From assembly GCF_016433145.1 (NCBI RefSeq), contig NC_058131.1, positions 232,045,076-232,109,075 on the forward strand: 64,000 bases of DNA, given 5' to 3'. Under the pieces are notes generated by a model that was not told the DNA's origin, did not search any database, and saw only the letters and a list, made by a program, of their open reading frames with translations. Source of the stretch: Gracilinanus agilis (Eukaryota). The stretch's first letter is position 1. Each line of letters starts with the position of its first letter. The position numbers and the translations under genes were made by a program. Of the stretch, positions 37,401 to 50,700 are shown piece after piece.

Positions 37401-39257
37401 CTACTGTGTGCCAAGCACTGTCCTAGGTGCTAGAAGAGATTTAGAGATAAGTCAAGAGCCTTGTCCTCGTGGAATTACCAACCAATCCATGAGCAATTGA
37501 ACACTTGTGAAATATGGGAATTATAGACATCAACTCTGTTACACAGGAATGAAATCATGAATCCATATTCCTCAAATAAAGATTAGAATATCCTCTTCTA
37601 TAATGGCCAATGTCCTGAAGAAAAAACCGGGCCAGGTAGATCACAGAATATTCCTACTCTTTTCCCCTGATCAAAAACAAACAGGGAGGGGCAGCTGAGT
37701 AGTTCAGTGGATTGAGAGTCAGGCCTAGAGACAGGAGGTCCTGGGTTCAGATCTGGCTTCAGACACTTCCTAGCTGTGTGATCCTGGGCAAGTCTCTTAA
37801 CCCCCATTGCCTAGCCCTTATTGCTCTTCTGCCTCAGAACCAATACACAGTATTGATTCCAAGACGGAAGGTAAGGGTTTAAAAAAAAATTTTTTTAAAC
37901 AACAACAAACAAACAAGTACTATATTCTTTCTGTGGTGTGGGCATGCTCTTCCTTACTCTAAGGAAAGGATCAAGAAAGAGTAATTTCCCTTTTGCTGTC
38001 CCCTGCTAGCCAACCCAGGCCTAGCCAGGGGGAGTGAGGAGTCATTGAGCCAATAATAGGAGGAAGGAGAGAGCTGGGTCTGGCATCTCTCCCGGAATGG
38101 CCCGGTTGATCAGAGCTATACAGACCAGGCCCCCTAGGGTGGTTGGATAAGAGTTCCTGCCCGCTCTGCACAAAGGCCTTAAGAACTACAACAATTTTTT
38201 TTAAACCCTTAACTTCTGTGTGTTGGTTCCTCGGTGGAAGAGTGGTAAGGGTGGGCAATGGGGGTCAAGTGACTTGCCCAGGGTCACACAGCTGAGAAGT
38301 GTCTGAGGCTGGATTTGAACCCAGGACCTCCCATCTCTAGGACTGACTCTCAGTCCATTGAGCTACCCAGCTACCCCCAAGAACTACAACTATTAAGATG
38401 GCACCTTAAGGTTTGTCACTTGCCTTACATAAGAAAGAGAAGTTGAAGAGGGGAGCCCCATAACAATTGAGTTTCCCAATCAATTTGATGAAATTTTAGG
38501 GTTTGGCTAGTACAGGCAGTCCTTATCCCATGTTTGGGATTTTTCAAAGGACACTTCCCAAGGAGATTGGCTTGCCCACTGGCACCATGCTGAGAGGACA
38601 CAGGGAAAGAAGCTGCCTTCAATGTGACTGGCAACTGAGAGTGGATGGATTTAGACTCTTGTTGGAAGAGCTGCTCCCTTCTCTATGGTGGGAACTGCTC
38701 ACAGTTTCTCCATCTCTCCCTCCTCTCTTGCTCTCTCCACCTAGCTAGTATCATCCTTCAGATTTTCATAGATTGAAAGATTTTTGTTGTTGTTCAGTCA
38801 TTTCAGTCATGTCCAGCTTTTTGTGATCTTATTTGGAGTTTTCTTTTGACAAAGATACTGGAGTGGTTTGCCATTCCCTTCTCCAGCTCATTTTCCAAAT
38901 GAGGAAACTAAGCCAAACAGAGTTAAGTGCTTTGCCCAATATCACACAGCTAGTGTCTGAATCTAGATTTGAACTCAGGTCTTCTGGACTCCAAGTCTGG
39001 TACTCTATCCATTATACCACCTAGCTGCCTATATAAATAGATCTATATTCCAAATCTCCCTTCTCTAGAAATAAAGGAAATACACAAATTCTCTCCCTCT
39101 CCATCTCTGTATCTGTCTCTGTCTCTCATATATCTGTGTACGTATTCTTGGTCAATGTATTTAACTCTAGGAGGGAGTGCGTTTCAATATCTGTTCATGG
39201 ACACCCACGAGTCTTTTGTATTTTATTTATTGGGGATGGGAGTGGAATGAGGTAATG

Positions 39258-39329
<72 letters not shown>

Positions 39330-41715
39330 GTCTCTCGGTCTGGTACCATGTTGTTGGGGGGAGAGGAGAAGGAGATCTTGCCAAGCCTCCTTGCTATTAT
39401 TTGTAATGATATGCTCCATCATGGCACATCTCAGGTGAAGGCCAGTTTCTGTTCAGTGTATTTGCCTTCTAGGAGGGAGTATATTTCACTATCTGTTCAT
39501 GGACACCTGTGAATCCTTTGTATCTTATTTACTGAGGTGGCAGTAGTGGTGGTGCTGGTGGTGGTGGTGGAGGAGGAATAAGGTGGTGGACAATAAAGGC
39601 TGTCATATGCCCAACGCTCATTTTGTACATTGAGTATTTTTTGCAGGAAACCCTTTTAGCCATATTTGGGGAAACTAAGAAATGAGCTTTATTTTTATTA
39701 TTTCCCTAGAGCAGGGGTCGGCAACATTTTTGGCCGTGAGAGCCATAAACGCCACATTTTTTAAAATGTAATTTTGTGAGAGCCGTACAGTGCTCACAGT
39801 GTGCGCTCCTGTAACAGCGCCTGAAAAAAAATTGACTTTTATGGCTCCTGCAGAAAGAGCCATACCTGGCCCTCAAAAGAGCCAGATATGGCTCGAGAGC
39901 CATACGTTGCCGACCCCTGCCCTAGAGCAAAACTTTGGGATAAGAGTGACAAGCCAGAGAGATTCTGAACTTTTGAGGGTCAACCTCCAGGATTGGACCT
40001 TTTCTTTGTAAGCCCTGAGTTTGGGGTAACCCTGAGTCACATCATAAATACACATTACCTAATTTGAGGCTCTCAACTGAGTAAAGTTAAATAGTATAGT
40101 GTATTATTATCGCTATTTTACACGTATTAAAAAAAAAAAAAGACTTAAGCTAAATTAAATGACTTGCCCAAGGTCACATAAATAGTAAATTGCAGAAGCA
40201 AGGTTCAACACAAGCCTCTCTGACTCCCAATCCAGAACTCAAGGCTCTCTTTCATGCTGCTTATAGTATGAAGAGCCAGACCTATGAAAAGGAAGTGTAT
40301 CAGTGAACTGAGCAGTTCTGAGAAATAAATTCTTGTTTCAGGAAACAAAAACGGCAGAAGAAATTCTGAGAATTGGTAAAGTGGAGGAATAGGAAGGAAA
40401 ATGACCGCAGAAACCAGGGAAGAAGATAAAGAAGTATATTCACCTTATCTGTTAAAGGGTATATGCCTTTATTTGTGGCTACCACACAAATAACATGTTA
40501 GACCTGTTTCAAAGTAAACCTATTGATTTTTCAAAGTTTCTTTTATTCCTAGCTTTAGTTTGAGGCATGATGCTAAACTAGGTAAGAGTAGTAGTATTCC
40601 CAAAGAAAAAAGGGTCACTCATGGAATGTTTGCCTGATATTCAACACTTTGAAAGAAGAGAGAAAATTGATTCCAGAGACCTGCTCCAGAGGGAAGCTAT
40701 TAGAGAAGAGATTTACTTTGGAAATGTAGAACCACACATTGTTGTTGTTCAGTCATTTCAGTCATGTCTTATTCTTTGTGACCCCATTTGGCATTTTCTT
40801 GGCAAAGATACTAGAGTGGTTTGCCATTTCTTTCTCCAGTTCATTTTACAGATGAGGAACTGAGGCCAACAGGGTTAAATGACTTGCTCAGGGTCACCCA
40901 GCTAGTAAATGTCTGAGATAAGATTTGAAATCAGAAAGGTGAGTCTTCCAGACTTCAGGCCCAGCACTCTATTCACTGTGCCACCCAGAAGCTGGCATTT
41001 GTTTCAAATCATTTTAAGCTTCACTGGACCACAGAATCTCAGTTATGAGGAGCTTCAGATACCTTATAGTCTAACCTATGCCATTTATCCTTTCAGATCA
41101 TGATGACTGGTCATCTGGTCTCTGCATAAAGACTTTTAAGGAAGAGAACCCATTACCTTAAGAGCTAAACTATCCCGCTTTTTGGAAAGCTTTCATCAAC
41201 AAGAAGTTTTTTTGTTATACTCGCCCTAAAACTGCCTCTCTGAAACCTCTACCCTGGGGCCCTGGACCTGTCCTCAGAGGCCAAACAAGCAGGACAAGGC
41301 TCTGCAAGAGACTTCAAGCTTAGTGTGAGTCATCAATGATATGGCAGCCAGAAAAATAGATGCCATCTTGGGCTGCAGTAAGAGAGGTGCAGCTTCTAGA
41401 ACTAGGGAGGTAAAAGTTCTCTCTATTCTGCCCTACTCCAGGCCACACCTGGAGCAATGTGTCCAGTTCTAGGCCCCATAGTCTAGAAAGGACATCAACA
41501 AACTAGAGATTATTCAGAGAAGGGCAATCAGAATAGTAAAAGGCCTCAAGTTCAAGTCATATGAGAATTAATTGAAGAAACTAAGGATATTTAGCCTGAA
41601 GAAGAGGTCACAAGGAATAGAGATTTAAATTGTTTCTGTTTGGACCCAGAGAGCAGTAGGTAGAAGCATTGACTTCTATTCAAAGTTATTTCCTAGGAAG
41701 TAAGATCCTGATTAT

Positions 41716-41750
<35 letters not shown>

Positions 41751-44700
41751 TTAGCTTCTGTCTTAGAATCTATTCTAAGATAGAAGATCAATAAAGGGTA
41801 GGTAATTAGGGTTAAGTGACTTGCCCAAGGTCACACAGCTAGGAAGTATCTGAGGTCAGATTTGAACCCAGGACCTCCCACCTCTAGGCCCAGTACTCTA
41901 TCTGCTGTGCTACTTCTCAGTTTATCTTGTGAGGCAAATCTCAAGATAGATACGCTCAAGGTAGATTCATTCCAAGAAATTTCCCTTATCTTCTGGGTTA
42001 GATTCTGGAATGATATCTCTAGGAAACTCCTTCCTCCTCTAACTAGGAGACAGGGATTCAGAAACATTGTCCATGAACTCTCCTCTTAACCCACAAAAAC
42101 AAATAAGTCTACCTTTGCCATATATCTGTTTCTTTAAGAAATTTCATACTGTCCCCGCTGCTACAATTTCTGGGGACTGGGAAAGTCTACTCTAAGGCAA
42201 CTGACCTCTGTTAGGAAAGTTGTAAACAAGCACGCATAACTCCCATGAACTTGTGCCTAAGAAGCCACTCCAGTTCCTGAAGGGAGCAAGGAAACCTTTA
42301 CCAACTGATATGTGTCCATACAGGGATAGTGAGGTAAGGACTAAGAGCTAGTAAATGAATCTACCCTTTTGAGGGACCTTGAAAGCTGTCAGCTCGGAGC
42401 TTAGGGGACACCTCTTACTTCTCCAATTCCAACTACATCTTAGAGACTGTACTAGTGGCTCTCCTCCTCCACTCGCCTTCTGGGGGCAGAGTATTTCTGG
42501 TTAGGGTGTTTCGGTGTTGAATAGGAGTGATCTGACTTCTCACCTCTTATGTCCTCATTTTGAGCAGGCCTTTCCATGCTTCTAATATGGTAGAGGCATC
42601 GGTGATACTATCACAGCTAAAGCTCTTAGCACAGATTTCCACTCACATCCTCATCTTTACCCAAGTCCTCAGCAATTTCTGGAGAGAGCAAGAAGATAAA
42701 TAGAGGACAAGAGTCATTGACTCTACATCCCTCCATGTAGCATATAGGGAAGTATATGAGTGTCGTTGTATTCTATATTCTGAAGAACAAATTGGGCAAA
42801 AGCTGAATCCTAAAGGCAGGAAGAGTGCTGGGAGAACATGGAAGAAAATCATTTTCTGTATGTACTTTAATTGCAAGAGGACTGGGCAGCATTAAGAATA
42901 ATAAAGGAATTCCATGTTTTATCAAGCCAAGTAAACAGAAATGAATTTTCTCTGACATGAATTCCTATACTGGTGTCTCAGGGAAGATCACTTGTGAAAA
43001 ATGAGTCAACGATGGAAAAAGACCAGCAGCATTGTTGACTGATACTTGGAATGACTAACATATTTTCCTTCCTGTTCAATATGTTTATATTAAATACTCT
43101 ATATCTTGAGCCTGCCTTTATTATAATGTTACTTAGTGCCAATTCTATATCTCATCCATTGCTCTAAGTCTTCATTCCTTTGAGATATCATACAATCTCA
43201 GATTGAGATCTGGAAGTGACTTCAAAGGTCATCGAATCAACATCCTCATTTTACCGGATGAGGAAAATGGGGCCAAGAGAAGGGATGTGTCTTGCCCAAA
43301 GTCATATAGGCAGTAAGTAATAGAAACAGGATTTGAACTTGGGTCCCGTGAGTCCAAGTTCAATGTTTATTCCACTGGGGCCTCCCATTAGTCTCTGTGT
43401 TCTTTGTTATTAGGGCAGAGACTATCTTCATTAAGTTTCAAATAATAGTAGAATTCTATTTGGCTAAGCAAGGTATTTTCCAAAGCTTAGGATCCAATAA
43501 AAATAAGGGAGTAGAAGATGGTAGAGGAACATTAAGTCTGTAACACCTCAACATAGTCTATTCAAAATCTTTTCTCTGGAAAGTGAGACTAGCTGGAGTA
43601 ACACAAAATCCCTGGGAGAGAGAAACTGAAAAGAAAAATAGGAGAACTGAATTGGCTTACTTTACTATATTTTCCTGGAACAGCCCATTGAGACTCAGGC
43701 AGGAAGAGGCACAGGACTTGGAATGAGATCAGAGTAAAAAATCTCGGCTCTGTCAATATTTACCTTTTTGGAGCTTTATTTTCTCATCTATAAACTGTAT
43801 GGGTTTAGACTAAATGATCTTTATAATTCTCTTCTAGCTCTGTTTATGATCTCATCATCCCAACTTTTCTATCCTTATGAAAAGCTCTCTCTTCCTTCAC
43901 CCTCCATCCTAGGACAGGCCTCAGAAATCTCACATCCAGTTATCCTGTCACTGACTTTCCCCCAGCAAATAGTTTGTGGAACCTCAAATAAATAACACGA
44001 CTATCCCTCTCCACCTCCACTCTCAATTTTTTCTTCATTTTGCTCCCCTTTCCAGTGAATAGATGGGTATACCCTGGATCCTTAGACTATTCTTAGATCA
44101 AGGTAAAGTGTAGTGTGCCATAGTGGATAGAGTGGAACTTCCTGTCCAAGAGACTTTTCCTTTGGTCTTCTCTTTTGAACTTCTTCTTTGGAGTTTGTCT
44201 TTAGACACTCTGCATTGGTGAGCTGGCATGAAGGAGGAGACTCTTTCCCTGGATCCTGCATCATCTTGCTGGGTAAGTAGCTGGTCTTCTTTTCGTGGCT
44301 GCATTGTAGAGCCTTGCTGAAGACACCACTGAGTCCTCTGGCTGAAGAGACTACCATGACTCCCCGTGGAGATCGGGACTTAAGAGCCCTTGCTGGGTGG
44401 TGAGCTAGAAGTCTGCAGACAGAAATTATAGGGTATCTAGCTAGACAATACTTTCTACTTCCTTCCTACATTTCTCTCTTTTACTAGATCTCTATTAAAC
44501 TAAATTAAACTAACTAGGGGCAGCTGGGTAGCTCAGTGGATTGAGAGCCAGGTCTAGAGACGGGAGGTCCTAGGTTCAAATCCAGCCTCAGACACTTCCC
44601 AGCTGTGTGACCCTGGGCAAGTCACTTGACCCCCATTGCCCACCCTTACCACTCTTCCACCTCTAAGCCAATACACAGAAGTTAAGGGTTTAAAAATAAA

Positions 44701-47700
44701 TAAATAAATAAAGAGTGGCTAATTGACTCATGACTTAAGAGTTATTTTTTTTTAATTAGCAACCACAATATTACTTTAGATCTTTCATATTAGCATAAAA
44801 CTTAAATTTAAATTCTTACAGAACCATGTTAACAGAGACATAGCTTCAAAAAATAAGAAGACAATAATCCCTCTGAAGTCTGTCCTACTTCAGATCACAT
44901 TTGGAGTATTATGTGTAGTTCTAAGGATGACATTAATAAATTAGAGAATTTTCAGAAGAGGTCAACTAGAATATTGAAAGACTTCAAGCCCAGACATAGC
45001 CAAGATGGAAGTATAGCCCACTTCTATACTACAATATCTCCAAACTATCCAGAAAACACACTAGACTGAGTCTTGCTCAGGAGCCCACAGTTGTCATTGA
45101 ATTAACTAGGGGTTTTCTGTTGGCTGATAGTAGTTGAGGTTCAACAGCAATCTACTGAAATTAAAACTGAGGCAAGTCCACAGGTGAGTTGCTCAGACCC
45201 AAACTCAGATCAGGAACTTGCAGAGCTCAGCCCAGGAAAGGCAGAGATCAGATCTGTCTTGAATGAGATGAAATTGGGACCACTGAAAGTTTACAGGGCC
45301 CTAGCTTGTACTTACATTGAGATCCTGAAATACTATTACATTCAATACCCCCAAGAAAGCAATAGCAAGAACCTAGAAGACACAAGGTCAGCTCAAACAT
45401 TCCCTCTTTAGAAGAGTACAGAATCTAACCCTAACATAAAGTTTGAAGTCAGGAAGTAAACTGGAAGCATGAGAAGACAAAAGAAAATAATCTCATCTTT
45501 AAAAAACTATTATGATGAAGGGCAGCTGGGTAGCTCAGTGGATTGAGAGCCAGGCCTAGAGACAGGAGGTCCTAGGTTCAAATCCGGCCTCAGACACTTC
45601 CCAGCTGTGTGACCCTGGGCAAGTCACTTGACCCCCATTGCCCACCCTTACCAATCTTCCACCTATGAGACAATACACCGAAGTACAAGGGTTTAAAAAA
45701 AAAAAAAACTATTATGATGACAAAGACACTCAAGACAAAAGCCCAGAAAAAAAGAATGACTTCAAAATATCTACAAACAAAAACTCAATGTAAAACACAG
45801 CTTGAGCATAAATTCAATTAAAATTAGAAGAGATAAAGCAAGAGTTTTTCTTTAAAAAATAATTTAAAGTATTGTTATAACTGAAATGAGAATGCTTAAG
45901 GAAAAAATTGGAAGAGAAATGAGTCATGGAAGTAAGAATTGGAAAAGTAAATAACAGCTTGGAATAGGAGTTACAAAACCTTGCCTAAGCAGTAAAATTC
46001 TTAAAAATTAGATTGGATCAAACAGAAAACAATAATTTTATGATCTGACAATAAATGTTAAAATGAAAAGTAAAAAAATTGAAAACATAAGAAGCTAACT
46101 AAATCTCATAACAAAACAACTCACCTGGAAAACAGCTCAAGGAGAAATAATTAAAGAACTTTTTAGCCACCCAGAAGGCCATGAGCAAAAGACCTAAGAT
46201 ATAATATTTCAAGAAATCATAAGAGAAAACATCCTAGACCTCTTAGAACCAGGTTCAAAGTGGACATTTAGGTCATTTTCTGAAAGAATCCTCAAAATGA
46301 TAACTCCTAAGAACATAATAGCCTAAATCCAGAGTTTCCAACTCAAAGGAAAAAAAAATACTAAAAGCAATCAAAAAGAAACAATTCAAGTACCAAAGGG
46401 CTACAGTGGTTATTACAAAAAATTTAGCAGCCGCCATTATAAAGGAGCAGAGAGCTTGGAATAAATTATTCTAGAAGACAGAAGATAAAGACATGATCAA
46501 AAAAAACTTACTCAGCAAAACCGAGTATAATCCTAAAGGGGAAAATAATGGATCTTTAATGAGATAGAGGGTTTTTTAACATTCCTCATGAAAAGATAAG
46601 AACTCTATAGAAATTTGAAATGCAAATACAGGAGTTAAGGGAAACACAAAAAAATAAATAGGAGCAAGCAATCATAAAGGACTTTAAACAATAATACATT
46701 ATTTACATTATAATATGAGATGATACAAATATTCTCTCTGAATCTATTCATCATCAGGGATCAGAAGAGTAATTAGACAGAGGGCCTGGGAGTAGTTGTT
46801 ATGTAGTAATTATGTAAATAATCTCACATAATCAGAGTACATAAATAGAAATGTACATAAATAAGGAAGATATGGAAAGGGAGAGTGAGCCACTCTTGAA
46901 CCTCACTCTCTTCTTAACTTATCAAAGGAAGGAAGAATATATATACACATAGTTCAGTAAAGAAATACATTTCACTCAGGAGACATCTGAGTGGCTCAGT
47001 GGATGGAGAGCCAGGTCTGGAGACAGGAGTTTCTTGGTTCAAATCTGACCTCAGACCTATCCTAGCTGTGTGACTCTGGGCAAATTGCTTAGCGCTGCTT
47101 GCTTAGCCCTTATTATTCTTCTGTGGGAAGATGAGATTAACTGTCCCCTGCCCATTTTTAAATTTAATCACCAGAAGAGTATACACCACATTTATCTTTA
47201 AGTATGGGGAGGTCTGTGACCCACATGTGCAATAGTGGGTGACAAATCAGAATCAACTGACTGCCCCCTGGGCAGTCCTAAGCAAAACTTTAGCTGTAAT
47301 TGGTCCATGTAAAGTGGAGGGAAGGTATAGGAAATGACAAAAGGAATGGTCTTTAAAAGTGGCAAGAACTTTCTGTGACCAGTCTTTCACCTTCAACTTG
47401 ACCCTGGAGGAGCTCCAGCTGAGGATCTCAGACTGCTTTTCTATTTTCCCTTAGAACTACCATGTGGGTGAGTGAAAAAGGCTGACTCCTTCCCTGGCTT
47501 GTTCTGGAGGTACTAGTCTCCTGAGAGGCCCCTCGTCTTGGAGGAGGCCTTATGACTAAAACCCTTGTATAATTTGCCTCTGGGCCCCCTTTGCTGGGGC
47601 CTCTTAAGCCCTGCCTGGTTTGAACCAGGCTGGAGTAAATCTCTACCCTCTCTGATTTTCTTACTTTCACTCTTTCTCTTTTTGTAAATAAACTACCATA

Positions 47701-50700
47701 AAAAGTCATTTGGAATTGAGTAATAATTCCTACTAACCACACTCTTATAAATTCAGTCCAACTCTTTAATATTTTTACCCCTTATATTCTGACCCTTACC
47801 TCTGTCTTGGAACTCATGCATTGTATTGGTACTAAGATGAAAGGCAATGATTAAAAAAAATTTTTTTAATTAAAAAAAAAAAAGACTTGGGTGCAAATGT
47901 GTGACTCAGTGGGTTGAGAGTCAGGCCCAGAGACGGGAGGTCCTGGGTTCAAATTTGGCCTCAGTTACTTCTTAGCTGTGTGACCCTGAGCAAGTTACTT
48001 AACCCCCATTGCCTAGCCCTTATACTCACTCTTCTGCCTTGGAACCGATACACAGTACTGATTCTAAGATGGAAGGTAAGGGTTTAAAAAAAAAAAAAAA
48101 AAGACTCCTTTCATCAAACCTTTTGTATAACTGCCTACTCTACTAGTCTTAAAACTGGCCCAGTATCTAATCAGCCCACTCCCATTTTTGTGCTTTCTTC
48201 CATTCTGTCTTGCCTTTCTACAAATCTTCTATAAAGCATTCACAGGGTAATTAGAATAAGGAACCAATTATCTCCTAAGCTGCCCTGCCTAAAAATGCAA
48301 CTCCCATTCTTCTCCCTCATTTAACGCCCCCACCCCATCTGCTATAAGGCCTTTATTTTCTCTGTTGTTAAGATTATTTCCTTTACTTCTCTAAAATGTT
48401 AACATTATTTATTGCCTTTGTATTAGATTAACTTTTCAAGTTAATTCTTTATGTCTGTCTATACCAGCACTGTTTATCTCGGACAGTAAGGTTCTTGAAG
48501 ACAAGTACTTCAGCTCTACCCATGGTAGGCAGCTTGCTACCAGAGATGGGGCTTTCAGCTAACGAGGTGGCACAGTGGCTAAAGGGTCAGCCCTGGAGTC
48601 AGGAGGACCTGAGTTCAAATATAGCCCCAGACACTTATTAGCTGTGTGACTCTGGGCAAGTCACTTAACCCTGTTTACCTCCGTTTTCTCATCTGAAAAA
48701 GAAAATGGCAAATCACTCCAGTATCTTTGCCAAGAAAGCCCCACATGCAGTTATGAAGAATCTGACACAACTAATTGCCAAACCAACAACAAATGAGTCC
48801 TATGCATCATTAGCATTTTCTGTGGGGTAAAATAAAGGCTATTTTCTACTTGATATGAATTTTTTATCTTCAGTACTTATATAGAATCTGAGGACTCTAT
48901 TTACCCACCTTTGTGGAAATCTGTATCAGGATCTATATTCCTAGCTTGCCACAGAGTAAACCAAGAGTAGAGAGAGCTAGTCAAAAAGAAAGTGCACTTT
49001 TGGAGCTAATATCTGAGATTGGATCCAATGCATGTGAACCCTGAGTTTAGGGGAAGGGAAGGATTAGGGATGCTACAGGTCTTTGTTGGCAAACCTATGG
49101 CATGCGTGCCGAAATGGGCTGTTCCCCTCCCCCTCTCCACACATGCCTGAGGACATTTCTCCCATCACCCACCCCTCTGCCCAGCAGCCCAATAAGAGTG
49201 TTTTCTCCCTCTCCTGTCTGGGGTAAGGCAGGGTGCTCACATGTGGCATGAGGATGCAGTTTGGGCACTTGATCTCCAAAAGGTTTGCCATCACTGCTTA
49301 TAGGTTATAATCATTATAGTAATACTCCACACAGATTTAACACCTTTATTTCACTGAACCATTTCTTAAATGGTTAATTATGTTTGTTGTTTTGCTAATA
49401 ACAAACCAACCTTGTATTTCTGGTATTCGTTCAACTTGATGATAGTTTATAATCTTTGTGATATATTATAACTTTCTTACAAATTTTATTTGAAATTTTT
49501 GCATCAATATTCATTAGAGATATTGTTCTATAGTTTTCTTTCTCTATTTTTATTCTCCTTTATTTAGGTATCAAGACGATATTGCTATCATAGAAGGAAT
49601 TTGATAGGACTCCTTTTCCTATTTTTTAAACTACTTTTAAAGTATTGGAATTAATTATTCTTTTAATGTTTGATAGGATGCACTTGTAAACACATCTGTT
49701 CCCATTTGCAGATTTGGGGGGATGGTGGAGGAAAGCTCATTTATGGCTTAGAACAAACCATTTCATATTAAAAATATTTTCTATCCTCATTAAAGATCCT
49801 AGGTAAGCTCTGTCAGAATGTAACACAGAATTGTAACATAGCATTTATTAACTGCCTGCAATATTCCAGGCAATAGGGATACAAATACAGAAGTATTATT
49901 TTTATTGCCCTCAGTGAACTTACAAAATGATAGTTTAAGTTAGGTGCTGGTGAAGTTTGCTTCTCAAAAACCTGACTTAGCTCAGAAAATAAAGTGGGGC
50001 AGATAGGTGGCATGGTGTATAGAGAGCCCTAAACCTGGAATCAGGAAGATCTGAATTCAACTCCAGTCTCAGACATTAGCTGTGTGAACTTAGATAAGCC
50101 ACTTAACCCTGTTGCCTCAGTTTCCTTATCTGTGAAACTATCAGGAGAAGGAGACAAAGCACTCCAGTATCTTTGCCAAGAAAATTCCAAATGAGGTCAC
50201 AGAGTCGAGCACAGCTGAAATAAGTGAACAACAACAAATTCATGCAGTACTTGTCTGTACACAGTAAGGTTAAAAGCTACCAACTGATGATGCTATTGAC
50301 ATGCTGAATTTATAATCCATCAAAATTCAGTTTGTTTGGGGGTTTTTTTGGAGGAGAGTCGAATGTTCTTTCATAATTAAACATACAATTAGCAAAGCAG
50401 TTCTAGACCTAATCACATGATAAATAATCTCAATATTAATCACATCATTAAAAACAAAGCCCCCTCCATTAGCATGAAGAACCCAAGAAGGAAGGTCAAT
50501 GTTTCTCTTCCCAAACTTCCCTTTTGGTAACAAAAATAGCATTAAGTATTCCCCTCTGCTACCCCTCACAATGAAATTTCCACCTCTATAAACCCTTAGC
50601 CATAGAGGCAAGCCCCTTGCCCCTAGCCCCAAATAGGATATACCCTTCCTAGAAACACAGTCTCTTAGGTTCTGTTCTTATACAGATTACTGGTCTGTTG

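Noticed and set aside
39195-39422. ORF with RERERE repeat
   Set aside because: Translation of the (TC)32 microsatellite.
42647-42678. Candidate 32-nt cryptic exon in TRIM54 intron 1 (minus; CTCCAG| ... |GTGAGT)
   Set aside because: Splice-site pairs like this are common by chance in a 24-kb intron, and I have no supporting conservation or expression evidence.
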